Positions 19,266 to 30,700 of a stretch of 64,000 bases of DNA are shown here, piece after piece. This DNA comes from an uncultured virus (IMG/VR IMGVR_UViG_3300020048_000108) (taxonomy: Duplodnaviria; Heunggongvirae; Uroviricota; Caudoviricetes): the IMG/VR virus record IMGVR_UViG_3300020048_000108. One strand, written 5' to 3'. The position numbers and the translations under genes were made by a program. The notes beneath the pieces were generated by a model that saw nothing but the letters and a program-made list of their open reading frames with translations, had not been told where the DNA came from and searched no databases. Position 1 is the first letter of the stretch; each line of letters starts with the position of its first letter.

Positions 19266-21905
19266 TTACACATATTCCCACATATATGCACGATCACCGT
19301 ATTCATCAACAAACCATCTATCACCATCAGTATCAACAAAACTTTCTTCTGAAAATCCATCAGAAACAAATCCAAATGGTGCCATATCCTGTTCTATTTG
19401 ATTTTTTTGGTCTTCATAAAGTCTCTTTCTGACATCTTGATCAGTCAATTCTTTGAAATAATCCTGGGCAACCAACCAAGCATAGATTACCAAGCACATT
19501 GCCAAATCATCATTACATCCTTCTTCTGCTTCAAAGGAATTATGTTTCTGTATGAATGTTGTTAATTCACATATGATTTCATAATCATTTACATAAAGTT
19601 TATCTTCCTCAATCATAGTTTTTAAATTGAGGCAACCAATCTTTTTGACAGTTTTTGACATCTTAACTCCCAATTGAGTTTTTTTCCCAGAAAACCCCTG
19701 ACCAACAATTTGACCTGCTCTACCTCTCATTGAACACATCAAAATATTATTATATTCCAAATCATATTGGAGAATAGATGCTACTTGGTCTCCAACATCA
19801 TTTACTTCACATAAAATGTATGCGTTGTGATAACTCCTTGCTATATCGTAAATTATATTTGGAAATAGCATAGGTTTGATTTCATTATTTCTATATTTTG
19901 CGACAACTTTATGTGGAAATGTTGTAATATCAACAACAGCAAATGCAGAATAGTCGCTACCTACGCCTCTAGCAACGTCCACAGTCATTAAATAGTCGTG
20001 TTCCTCCTCTGGATCCACATAAACGTCTAAACCTGCGCTACGGGTCTTGGGGTGGTCATAGACGAGGGTTCTGAGTTTGGATGGTGCAATCAAAGTATCT
20101 ACAGATCCTAAAAATTCACATTCAAATTCAACTTTGAATTGCTGTTCTGATGTATTATCAATTGTTTGCTTTTTCCATATAGAATCTCTTCCTGGAACTT
20201 CACTCCAATGAACATCAGTAAATACGTATTCATTTTTACCACGTTCAGCATCGTGCCACATGCGGTAGAAATGGTTCATACCATGTGGAGTTGAAACTAT
20301 AATAACTTTTGTACTCTTACCGGAAGTGATAGTGGGATATACAGAAGCAAAGAAAGAATCTGCAATATGATTTGGAACGAATGCAAATTCGTCAAGAAAT
20401 AGAATATTAAATGACATTCCTCGGACAGCAGATGCAGATGTAGATGCCGCAAGAATTTTGGATCCGTTTTCTAATTCAAGAGAACCTTTGTTCCAAGATA
20501 TAATTCCCTGTTGCATCCATTTGGGCAAGTTTTCGTATGCCGTTTGAAGTCTATCTAAAAGTTCCCTTGCAGTTGCTGCTTTGTTTGCAAGAATGCCAAT
20601 ATTCACATTATCGTTAAAAACTGCATAATGCAAAAGAAAAGATATTACAGTAGTGGAGTTATGAGTTGGTATAAAAGTTTTACCGCACAAGAATAGATGA
20701 TCCTCACTATCTACTTGAATACAAGCAACCGGAACACTATCAACTTTTTCTATCTTATGAATATAATGTCTATTTTCTTGTATTCTAGTTGTTCTTTGAT
20801 TATCGATATTATCCAATTTTCTTGGAAGATTAAATACTTGCTCTTTAGTTGTAAATGATACTGTATGGTAATAATTACCTTTTATCTTTTTATGTCTTAT
20901 ATTTGATTTTATTCCTAATGTCGATAATAGTTCTACGACTTGCAATATGAGATCATAATTTTTTTGATAGAATTCAAATGATCTGGTATTTTTTGTTACT
21001 GACCCATCAGTATCCATTAATCCACGAAGTAGTTCCAATCTATCTTCATAAGAAGATCTTAAATAATTTTGTGGAATATGTTTGTTCTTTAATAGATTTT
21101 GTAACTTTAATTTTAATCTAAAATTTCTAACTTTAAATCTTATACAGTTTCCATCTTCTCTTTCATCTTCAACATCTATTCTTTTTTTATAAAATGCATA
21201 GTCATCTTTATGTGCAATTATTCTTCCATCAGAAGAATATCCATCTCCCAACCAAACTCCAAGAAGATATGGATCAATATCCAATGAATTTTTAATGAAA
21301 TTAATTGGTTTAGATTTATTAATATATAAAGACCCCCGAACTCCTTTCCCCCTCTTATTTTGTACTTTGGATTCGTATCTATCATATATTTCTTGTGACG
21401 TTATAACCGTTTTCCCAGTTCTCCAATAAGAACTATCAACTTCCCATAAATGATCTGCATCTGCGACTATTTCTTCACCATTATCAAAGTATAATTTATA
21501 GCAATTGTGATTATACATTGTTTCGGTTTTCATAGTTACCGAAACACTATCTCCAGAAGGAGATAGAATAACATCCCCAACTTTTAACTCTCCCATTGTT
21601 GTCCAACTATTTGGAGTTGGAATTGGAGTATCTAGTGCTAAGGCTTTCCCAGTCTGCCTAGGCATCTTACATATATTAAATCTATTATTATGAAAATTAT
21701 TAATTAACTTTTCCTGAAATGGATACAATTCAAATGGCATCAATCCATGATCCAAAGTCACAATCTTCACATAATTCTTTGCAAAATAAACAGGATCATT
21801 TTTGCAAAGAATAAACTCCTGAATTTGTTCTTGAGTAAATTCAATTGCAGTATTTGCTTTTTTTAGTAGAGGATTGCCAAGATAAATCTCATTATTGGTA
21901 GACAT
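19266..21905 (-). CDS. gp17: Terminase large subunit, intein-containing
   Basis: PRQTGK|STT Walker A split by the intein; LDEFAF Walker B; C-terminal DDLAMC nuclease motif. Confidence 0.96.
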   Translation of the reverse strand: MSTNNEIYLGNPLLKKANTAIEFTQEQIQEFILCKNDPVYFAKNYVKIVTLDHGLMPFELYPFQEKLINNFHNNRFNICKMPRQTGKALALDTPIPTPNSWTTMGELKVGDVILSPSGDSVSVTMKTETMYNHNCYKLYFDNGEEIVADADHLWEVDSSYWRTGKTVITSQEIYDRYESKVQNKRGKGVRGSLYINKSKPINFIKNSLDIDPYLLGVWLGDGYSSDGRIIAHKDDYAFYKKRIDVEDEREDGNCIRFKVRNFRLKLKLQNLLKNKHIPQNYLRSSYEDRLELLRGLMDTDGSVTKNTRSFEFYQKNYDLILQVVELLSTLGIKSNIRHKKIKGNYYHTVSFTTKEQVFNLPRKLDNIDNQRTTRIQENRHYIHKIEKVDSVPVACIQVDSEDHLFLCGKTFIPTHNSTTVISFLLHYAVFNDNVNIGILANKAATARELLDRLQTAYENLPKWMQQGIISWNKGSLELENGSKILAASTSASAVRGMSFNILFLDEFAFVPNHIADSFFASVYPTITSGKSTKVIIVSTPHGMNHFYRMWHDAERGKNEYVFTDVHWSEVPGRDSIWKKQTIDNTSEQQFKVEFECEFLGSVDTLIAPSKLRTLVYDHPKTRSAGLDVYVDPEEEHDYLMTVDVARGVGSDYSAFAVVDITTFPHKVVAKYRNNEIKPMLFPNIIYDIARSYHNAYILCEVNDVGDQVASILQYDLEYNNILMCSMRGRAGQIVGQGFSGKKTQLGVKMSKTVKKIGCLNLKTMIEEDKLYVNDYEIICELTTFIQKHNSFEAEEGCNDDLAMCLVIYAWLVAQDYFKELTDQDVRKRLYEDQKNQIEQDMAPFGFVSDGFSEESFVDTDGDRWFVDEYGDRAYMWEYV
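20658..21644 (-). mobile_element. Class 3 intein (329 aa) with LAGLIDADG homing endonuclease
   Basis: Begins ALALDTPIPT, ends FIPTHN followed by extein Ser; W in ADADHLW, C in PVACIQV, T in PTHN; LAGLIDADG blocks LLGVWLGDG and LRGLMDTDG. Confidence 0.92.
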
Positions 21906-21906
21906 T

Positions 21907-23616
21907 TTAACACTTCCAACGTTTTCTTGCTGCTAATCCCCTTTCTCCATCCCAACTTCTACTACGAGAGCAAAAATTCTTACGACGTTGTGCTGCTTTA
22001 CTTCCTGGTTCTACATCACCAGTAACTGGTGCTTGAAGATGTGAACCAGTCGCACGATTATATTTTTCTCTTCCCTTTGCAGTAAGTCCTGCCCCCTTAC
22101 TTACTGACAGTTTTTCTCCTCTACCAACAGATAATACTGGACCTTCTTCTTCAATAGTTTCTTCTCCTATAGTTTTATTGTTTAAAAGATAATTCTTTGA
22201 TCTTGAGTTTATGATCTGAATTAATGGCATTCCTGCCTGAAGTGTTGAAACATTAAAGTGAAGAACTATTGCACCTGGATATATCTTTTGAATTTCTGTA
22301 GTTACATCTTTTCTTGATGGCATACTAACTTGGGGAAAGAAAATTCTAATTGAATAGTTTTTTCCTCTCCAACTTAAAATGACTGCAATAATATTTCCAG
22401 TATCTGATTGAAGACGAGTTGCCTCATCAAGTTCATTGTTTGCCATAAAAGTACTCTTTGGAGATACCATTGGTTCTGGTTTAATCAAATCAATAAATTC
22501 GACATATAATTTTCCATTTGCATCTTCGATGGTCACATTTTCATTTTTGGTTTTATTTCCCCAATTCGCAGCACCAACTTTGCGACATTTTACAACTGCT
22601 CCAGATGCGTAAGCACTTGGCCATACTTTATATCTGGATTTTACCTTTTCTTTACAAGCATCTTCATCAACAAATTCCTCTGTTGCAACATTTATTGCTT
22701 TACCTCTTCTATTTGGATTTGGATCTTCTTTTCTTTTACGTCTTGCTGCTTTTTCTTCTTCATCTGGAGACATTTCTGTTGCCATTTTAGAACTACCGCA
22801 CTTTGGTTTAGTAGTTTGTCCTTCTTGCTTTGCACATGGTTTGCCTGCATACTTCCCGCCTAACTGAACCCATCCAGGGTTTCCATCTGAAGACTTACTT
22901 TTACTAAACCAATCATGAAGAGAAGAATCGCCGGATTTTGATGCCTCTATGAGTTCTCCAAGAATTTTATTTACAAGTTTCTCTTCTTTTACTTTAGTTA
23001 CTTTTGTTAGAGAAACTGCTGCATCTGGAGTTAATGCCCCAGCACCCCTAGAAGTCTTAATTTCAAATCCAAATTTATTGTTTTCATCAATACCAACAGT
23101 AACTTTATTCCACATGTCCTTTCCATATCCACATTCAGATGCGGTTTCTTTTTTATCGCAGAGAGGGCAATATCTTTTTTCTTCTTGTGCTTCTTTCATT
23201 GATTTTACCCAAGTGTCTGGAGTTTTGTCATGAACTTTAACAAAAGAATTGTGCAAATTTTTTGCAGAAATATCATGTTTTTTCATAATATTTTTCATTA
23301 GATTGTCAATACTATCATATGTTGGATGAGATAATTTTTTAAGACCATTTTCAAGTTCAGAAATTGCACTTTCTTTTACATCTTTGAACTTTTTATGTTC
23401 TTTTTTTGCCTCTGCTTCCATCTTTTTTAAACGAGTATAGTAATCAGGAATTTCGTCTAAATGTTGAAGTGCAATATCCATTGCAAGAGTATGATCTTTA
23501 GTATGCTCATGCTCAATTGGTTCCCCAATGTCCAGTTGTTTTTGAATGAAAGAAGCGTCAAGGCGATGCTTCTTTGCAATTTGTTGAACTGAAGGATGGG
23601 GTTTTAATTTTTGCAT
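21907..23616 (-). CDS. Multi-module hypothetical protein, probable internal head protein
   Basis: 569 aa of short modules (EHEHT...LQHLDEIPDYYTRL; CPLC; WPSAYASG; RRKNFCSR...RKRWKC) separated by Glu-ending linkers. Confidence 0.6.
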   Translation of the reverse strand: MQKLKPHPSVQQIAKKHRLDASFIQKQLDIGEPIEHEHTKDHTLAMDIALQHLDEIPDYYTRLKKMEAEAKKEHKKFKDVKESAISELENGLKKLSHPTYDSIDNLMKNIMKKHDISAKNLHNSFVKVHDKTPDTWVKSMKEAQEEKRYCPLCDKKETASECGYGKDMWNKVTVGIDENNKFGFEIKTSRGAGALTPDAAVSLTKVTKVKEEKLVNKILGELIEASKSGDSSLHDWFSKSKSSDGNPGWVQLGGKYAGKPCAKQEGQTTKPKCGSSKMATEMSPDEEEKAARRKRKEDPNPNRRGKAINVATEEFVDEDACKEKVKSRYKVWPSAYASGAVVKCRKVGAANWGNKTKNENVTIEDANGKLYVEFIDLIKPEPMVSPKSTFMANNELDEATRLQSDTGNIIAVILSWRGKNYSIRIFFPQVSMPSRKDVTTEIQKIYPGAIVLHFNVSTLQAGMPLIQIINSRSKNYLLNNKTIGEETIEEEGPVLSVGRGEKLSVSKGAGLTAKGREKYNRATGSHLQAPVTGDVEPGSKAAQRRKNFCSRSRSWDGERGLAARKRWKC

Positions 23617-23624
23617 TTTTACTT

Positions 23625-24059
23625 CTATTTATCTTCTTGATTTATACCATTCTTTAAGAATTTTCCTAATTCTGCAGTAGATCCAACAAAAAGAGCATTG
23701 GTGACATTTGTGGGACCTTTAGAAATTTTTTCTTCTTCAATATCTTTCAGTTTTTTTTGCAAATCCATTAACTTATCCGTAGCATCTGCAACATTTTTGA
23801 TCAATTGTCCGGCAACTTCATATGCTCTAGGCATTTCGCTTTCGTGAGCCAGTTCAAGAATTCCATTAATTGCCTCTTGTCCCTTTTCAATAATGGAATA
23901 TAAGTTTCCTCTTGTATAATCATAATCTTTCTTAATGTCATCAGCAGATGAAGTTACCTTTTGAATTTTATCTTCAATTGTTTCAATTGCAGGCGAAATA
24001 ATTTCTCCAGAAACATTAAACGTTTCGTTTAAATTTTCAAATTTTTTTGTCATTTTCAC
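23625..24059 (-). CDS. gp16: Terminase small subunit
   Basis: DYDYTRGNLY, PRAYEVAGQLIK, NALFVGSTAEL. Confidence 0.92.
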   Translation of the reverse strand: MKMTKKFENLNETFNVSGEIISPAIETIEDKIQKVTSSADDIKKDYDYTRGNLYSIIEKGQEAINGILELAHESEMPRAYEVAGQLIKNVADATDKLMDLQKKLKDIEEEKISKGPTNVTNALFVGSTAELGKFLKNGINQEDK

Positions 24060-25036
24060 AATTCATTAAATCCGAAATTATCTCCAGATTCAATTAGTGC
24101 ATCATCTGCTGCAGTAATACTTTTAACTGATGTTCCAGATACGTGTGCAGTAATAAGAGTGCTGTCGGAACCTCTTATTACTGTTAAAGTATTTCCTAAC
24201 TTGGATTTTATATATAATTCCTCATTATCAATAGAAATATATGTTCCAGAAACTATACCTGATGCGTCATTAACATCAACATAGTTAGTTTTGTCGTCAA
24301 TATCTTTAGTTATAGACGCAATAACATTCCCAGTATAGTTTTTAATTGCTCTTGGTTCGACGGAATATGTAATATCCCTTACCCCACTAGCAACATATCC
24401 AATAGAAACTTTTTTGATAATATCTTTAGACACATCTGAAACTGGTCCAAACAGATATGTTTTTGCAGTAAAGCGGAGAGTATATATTAGAGATCTCCTT
24501 GTATCATAAGTTCCTTCATATTGATCATCCATTGAAATTCCATCCAAAACAATTGGAATATCTCTTTTTTCTCCAATAGACTTGACAAGATTTATTGATA
24601 AACTATATCCTGGTTGAAAATATGGTAAAATTTGTTCTATAATTTGGAGCATATCATCATTCAATTTTGTGAAGATATTGAGCTCAAACTGCATATTATA
24701 AGGAACCGGCATATATGTTTTCCTTATTTGAGTGCTATCATCACTAAGACTAGATGTGAATGTTTGAGTTGTTGTCAATTTTCTTGAGGAATCATATGTC
24801 AATCCAACAAATTCAAAAGACATTCTTGGTAAAGAAATTTGAACTGGCTTGTTGAGATCAGGAACCTGTTCCAACCTTGCCAAAAATTTCTGAGTCGGAC
24901 CATATGCAAGAGGAACTTTTATAGTACTGACGACATTATCAGAATCATCAACATGTTTGATGGAAATGTCGTTAAATAACGAACCAAATCCAACAATTGT
25001 ACTTCTTAGTATTTCGTGATAAAAATATTCAAACAT
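24056..25036 (-). CDS. gp15: Tail sheath stabilizer / tail terminator
   Basis: KVPLAYGPTQKFLARL, LPRMSFE, QIIEQILPYFQP. Confidence 0.92.
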   Translation of the reverse strand: MFEYFYHEILRSTIVGFGSLFNDISIKHVDDSDNVVSTIKVPLAYGPTQKFLARLEQVPDLNKPVQISLPRMSFEFVGLTYDSSRKLTTTQTFTSSLSDDSTQIRKTYMPVPYNMQFELNIFTKLNDDMLQIIEQILPYFQPGYSLSINLVKSIGEKRDIPIVLDGISMDDQYEGTYDTRRSLIYTLRFTAKTYLFGPVSDVSKDIIKKVSIGYVASGVRDITYSVEPRAIKNYTGNVIASITKDIDDKTNYVDVNDASGIVSGTYISIDNEELYIKSKLGNTLTVIRGSDSTLITAHVSGTSVKSITAADDALIESGDNFGFNEL

Positions 25037-25082
25037 TTTGGGTAATATTTATATTATCTATATGATAAGTAACGTATATTAT

Positions 25083-26475
25083 TTAGGGAGTTCCAAATGG
25101 ATTTACATCACTAAAATCAATAATTGCATCTGCTTCCTGCTCTATAACCAAATTTTCTGCAAACAAATCGGAGGTATTATCTTCAATTATTGTTCTCAAT
25201 TTGTAGAATGCTGATGAAGAAGTGCCAACAATGACATCTCCATTGGCAAAATTGCCATCAATTTCATATACNNNNNNNNNNTTGCAATTCTCCTGTTACT
25301 ACATTCCAATCTCTTACTTTTGCTGTAGTACCACTGATGCTTCCCATAACAGATTCGTTGTAAATGTATGTTCCTATACCAATCATATATGGAGAAGATA
25401 TATTTATTGATGGTATCGACGTATAACCAAGACCAGAATCTGTGATTACAATTTGAGTTACAATTCCAAAATTATTAATTTTTGTATATGCTTTGGCCAC
25501 AACTCCACTAAATCCCGGAGAACTAATTGTCACTGTTGGTGGTAATGCATATCCAGAACCACCATTTGTGATTGTTATGATTCCAACAATTCCACTTCCA
25601 ATAGTTGCTGTTGCTATTGCACCAGAACCACCACCATCAAAGAAAAGTACAGAAGGTGCGACTGTATATCCATAACCAGGATTTATTAGTTCAACACCCT
25701 GAATTTTGAGTGATGTTTTTGATCCGGCACAATCAATGATGCCACCAATCATTGTTGCAATTCCAGTAGCAGTACTGCCACCAAAAGGTGCGGAAGATAT
25801 TGCAACTCTTGGTGGTGATGAATATCCATCTCCCCTATTCGTTAAAGTGATATATCTTACTCCACCATTTACAATATTGGTAATCGCAGATGCAGTAACT
25901 CCAGAACCAATCAGACTTAAAGTTTGTATATAACCTTCATTTTTAATATTATCATCAATTTCTATGATACTTGTATCAATAATTTCATCTTCATATTGGA
26001 ACAATTCACATTTTAATATATAAACATAATTTTTTTGAAGTTGATAAAATGGTTGCTCGTGTTCAACAAATTTAATTTCAAACAAACGATCGCCCAAAGG
26101 AAAATAAACTAAATCACCTTCTCTCGGTCTTGTTGACAATTCTATATTTGGTAAATTTTTGATGAGAGGAGATATATAATTCTCGTACCTATCTTTAGAA
26201 ATTGTCAATGATAGGTCATTAAGTGGTTGAACTCCAAATTTTGATAAGATTGTGCCCTGCCCCTCATATCCATCATATGTATTGACGTATGCTTCAAGAG
26301 GATATGCATATCCAAATTTGGATTGAATGACTTCTTTAATTACTGTCTTTTTTGTAACATATTGTCTTGGTATATAATAAATTTCAACTCCATACATACG
26401 AAGTTGCTCATTGACCAAATCTTGAATCAATGATTGCTCTGTTTTTGAACCTTGTAGAAAAAATGGATTTAACAT
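25083..26475 (-). CDS. gp14: Neck protein; C-terminus continues past the N gap at 25272-25281
   Basis: RPREGDLVYFPL, FVEHEQPFYQL; beyond the gap another frame reads VYEIDGNF...DAIIDFSDVNPFGTP*, a typical gp14 end. Confidence 0.88.
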
Positions 26476-26476
26476 A

Positions 26477-27331
26477 TTAACCAATCATATCGAATGGAGG
26501 CAATTCATAAGTATTTGACATCTTCTCCATTAATACATCAATTTCTTTTTGTGCATCATCAAAGAGTTGTCTTCCATTTAATTCAATTCCACCAGGAAGT
26601 TTGACTCCTTGGAATTTAATTAGATTTTGTCCCCATTGACGTTTAATTAATGAAGTAAGATACGGTTTTATGAAAGAATCATTCCACACTCTAGAATAGT
26701 CATTTGGATCTAAAGTGCTGTAACAATCGATAATTATATATTGACCCGGATTGACAGAACCCCAATCAATATCTAAATAAAGTCTATCTTGTCTTTTGTT
26801 AAATCTGATTTGTTTTTGTGTGGTCAATAAGAAGTCAAGGTCCTCAAGGTATGTTTTAACCATTGCATAACTTAAAAGTTCAGTTGTCCCCCACGAATAA
26901 ACATCATTTAAGAATAGTTGATATTTGACGCTGAACATACCATGACTAATAGTATTTGTGCCATCGAAAAGAAATAATTTATTCACACCCATGACATTAG
27001 GTGGCATTTGTAAATAATTACTATTTTCAGTATAACTGAAAGTCGTTGCAGTACCTACAATATTTGCAGTTGCCGTGATAGTTGTAAGTCCTACTGCTGA
27101 TGGAGCTCCTGGTCCACCAGGAGCTCTTCCCCGGTCAATATCATTCTGAGTGATTTTGTACTTATAAAATGTTGGATAAACACCATCAAAATGTCTTTCC
27201 TGAAAGAATTGGATAGCATCATCCACTAGATCATCAATTTGCTCGTCCGCAACATTTACTTCTAAAACAGGAGCACCCAGTTTTCTTTTGCAATAATCAA
27301 TCAATTCTTGTCTTGTTGATGGTTGTGCCAT
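26477..27331 (-). CDS. gp13: Neck protein
   Basis: LIDYCKRKLGAPVLEVNV, KRQWGQNLIKF, LPGGIELNG. Confidence 0.93.
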   Translation of the reverse strand: MAQPSTRQELIDYCKRKLGAPVLEVNVADEQIDDLVDDAIQFFQERHFDGVYPTFYKYKITQNDIDRGRAPGGPGAPSAVGLTTITATANIVGTATTFSYTENSNYLQMPPNVMGVNKLFLFDGTNTISHGMFSVKYQLFLNDVYSWGTTELLSYAMVKTYLEDLDFLLTTQKQIRFNKRQDRLYLDIDWGSVNPGQYIIIDCYSTLDPNDYSRVWNDSFIKPYLTSLIKRQWGQNLIKFQGVKLPGGIELNGRQLFDDAQKEIDVLMEKMSNTYELPPFDMIG

Positions 27332-27495
27332 TAGAGTTTAGATACTACTTCTTGTTGTTTTAAATATAATTTTGCATATGCCTTTGCAAAATTTCTTACA
27401 ATTTGGATATCATCTATACTATCTATATCTCTTGATACCTTTTCATATTCAAACAGTTTGTTGATATTTTCCAATTCAATACTAGTTAGATCCAT
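27331..27495 (-). CDS. Small helical protein (54 aa), possible NblA-like phycobilisome degradation adaptor
   Basis: Manual translation MDLTSIELENINKLFEYEKVSRDIDSIDDIQIVRNFAKAYAKLYLKQQEVVSKL; stop overlaps the gp13 start; missed by the ORF track; function tentative. Confidence 0.55.
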   Translation of the reverse strand: MDLTSIELENINKLFEYEKVSRDIDSIDDIQIVRNFAKAYAKLYLKQQEVVSKL

Positions 27496-27715
27496 TTACC
27501 AAGCTCCTGAGAAGATCTTTAATTTCAGTTAAATCGTTTTTAATTTCATATACATCGCTTTCAAGATTTTTAATTTTTTGAGATTCTGTATATCTTTTTT
27601 TGTAATTTTCAACATACGCATTGTATGCATTCATATCAACATTTACAATTGCATTTGAATAAACATCACGAACAAGATGGTCTTTATCCTTTACTCTTAT
27701 ATAATCCATAATCAA
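27482..27715 (-). CDS. Conserved hypothetical coiled-coil protein
   Basis: 77 aa; LVRDVYSNAIVN; C-terminal EIKDLL heptads. Confidence 0.7.
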   Translation of the reverse strand: MIMDYIRVKDKDHLVRDVYSNAIVNVDMNAYNAYVENYKKRYTESQKIKNLESDVYEIKNDLTEIKDLLRSLVNGSN

Positions 27716-30700
27716 CTAATATATGTTTTGGGTTTAATCGTGGCAATTGCCCTAAGTTGGGAAACAATCGGTGGAGTTGCCTGATTTGTTCCTGCCATCG
27801 TAATTTTTATTGCAAAGGCATTGAAATCCGGAAGTTCATCAACACTATATTCATAATCTCTGAAAGATCGATCTGAAGTTTGTTGAGTATAAAAATCAGC
27901 AGAACCATCATTCATTGAAGAATTTATTACTTGATTGATGCCATTCCCGTCTGTTTGATAATTTGAATATCCAGGGAAAAATTCATAATTTTCTGACAAA
28001 TCAGGAGCATCATCTCTAAACAACTGGTAAAGAACTCTAATGTCATTGGTATCATTTCTACTTGCAGATAGAAGAACTTTAAGAGAGTTTGCTGGAACTG
28101 CCAATCTAACAGGTTTTGATAGATAAATTGTAGCGTGTTTATCGTCATAAAGGCTTCTTGTGTTGTCATCATATGAATAATTTGATGATGTTAGAATTCC
28201 CACAGGATCATTGATGATATTTGACGTTAATACAGTAGAAACATTAATTGTATCTATTACGGGAGAAACTCTCCTATCATTTGAAGTCATATAGAATTCC
28301 ATTGTAAGCGATCTATTTCCGGGAGAACTTTGGATAAATCTACTTTCATTTACTTCAGAACAAATAAGTTTTGGGCGGGCAAAATATGTAGTTTCCGTTA
28401 ATGGAATATCTTCAAATCCATCATCAACAAATGATGGTTGAGTTACTGAATCACTACCGACACTTGTTGCTGTAAAAGTTCTTATCTTTGCGGTAATATT
28501 AGTTTTTGCGGGAATGATATGAGCAACATTTGGAGTAATTTCTTCAAATTGAATATTGTTAGAAATTACTGTTCCAGATTGTCCAGTTTGAACAGTTTCT
28601 TTGAAGTATAAATCTGGTCTATTTTGACCAATTTCAACATTATCAAAATCTTTGTCTGAATTTTCTATTTTTATGAAGAAAGAATCAATATCTGTCTTAT
28701 GTGTGTTGTTATCAACTTGGGAGATATTGTGAGTTTTATTTAATCTTCTGAGAGAGATTCCATTAAATTCATACTTATATACATATGTTCCAACATCATA
28801 TGATTGCACTTGATTGCCATCAATAGGTCTTGTTAATGTTGTAAGATTATTACCAGAAACTCCAGTATAAGATATAATTTCTTTACCAATGATTACATAT
28901 CCAGGATTTAATGCACTTACTGCGACCCCTTCAAATTTGTCAAATCCTACCGATGATAATATGGAAATTGATGTTGCTTCTTCTGAGGTGAGATTGGTAG
29001 AAAGTTTTGAATTTGTATCAGTATTTAAAGGTCTCATTTCACTTATTGTGACATAATTTTCCAAAGAATGCATTCCATGATTTTGATTATATATTTTCAT
29101 ATGTAATCCATCATTATATTGATCCTCAGTAACAGAAGCAACAGTAACTCCAGGTCCAATGTACGTTACGATTCCAGAAGAATTTGTATAACTTAGAGTT
29201 GTAATTCCAGAAGCAAATGTTCCTTGGACATTTGAGATTACAAATGAATTGTTAGATCCAATACTTGATACGACTACTCTGGCACCATATCCAACATTCT
29301 TTCCAATAGATGGGAGGAGCAAAGAATCTCCTTGTTTGTATCCAAATCCACCAGTGATAATAGTTACCGAATTAACTCCAGATCCATCTACAGTAACACC
29401 AACCGTTGCAGTTGCACCTTGTCCATACCCAGTTTCAGTGACCAAATTGACGTTGGTAAATGTTCCTGCAGTATATCCAATACCCGCAGTTGTAATTGTT
29501 ACTCCAGAAGCAATGGTGATACTGCCGGCAATTCCAGCAAGAATTCCTGTCGCAGACTCTTGAGAAATATTTACTCCAGGAATAACTTTATTGACATCAT
29601 ATCCAGTAGAACCAAGACCAACAACAACAGTTTTTGATAAAGGAAGTAAATTATTTGCAGAAGTCACATTGACTTTATTATTTTTCAATCCAAGTTTTGG
29701 ATTAAAAAATCTAACAAGACCTTCTGTGACAAAATCTGCTCTATAAATTCTATATTTTAAATCTTCCAACTGGGAAGCAGACCAAGTTGATCCATTTTGG
29801 GATTTAAATAAACTTCCCAAAGTTGGTTGTGCCGATAACTTTATCCCTGTTTGAATATCAGTTTGTCCAAGAACAGAAATAAACACCCTATAATTTGAAC
29901 TATCCGACAACAATACCATCGCAAATTCTGAAGTTTGTTGACTTCCGATAGGTGCTTGTCTGATTTCTTGTTGTCTTGGACCACTCAAATAAACTGGGGA
30001 GGGGAAAGTAATTCTTGTAGGAATTGAACCATCGATTGTGATATTAATTTCATCTGGTGTTAAAGTTACCTCCGAAAATGGAATAACAATATTACTTGGA
30101 TATCCATTAATCATTGGACGAAGCTGGAATGTAACTGGAATACTATCATCCTTTGTTTCAAAAAATACGTCAACAGAAGTTAGGAAAATTCCAGTATCTT
30201 CCTTAACGTAGAAAGATTGTGCAAGGGGATCATGTGTTTCCCACAATTTTATTTGTTGAGGGCCTCCACTACCACCAGAAGTAGATGTGTTTGTGGTGGT
30301 TGTATTGGTAATTGTATTTGTAATATTAGTTGTATTGATATTGTAACTTGAAATAGTTTTAATATTCCTTGTTGTTAGGATATTTGTCTCTGTAATATTA
30401 GTAACTCCAGAAGAAGTAAATTCAGCTTCTGCAGAACTTTCCGATACTGAACTGCTATTACTAGATTGAACTTGGTTTAACGATATAGTATCAATGACTG
30501 TAAAGGTATTTTCTCCATTGGTCCACTTTGGGTTTCCAGATACGTTTGGATCCGGAATATATAATGATCCAATTAGTCTTCCACTATTATCAGAAACTAG
30601 ACGGATATTTGAAATTGTTGCAACAGCTCCTGAAGTTTTTCCAATAAGTTTCATATTTGGAGAAATTTCTCCATAATAGTTAACTTCTGATGGTAATTGA

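Noticed and set aside
25083..25281. Apparent frameshift or truncation of gp14
   Set aside because: The frame change coincides with a 10-N scaffold gap and the normal C-terminus follows.
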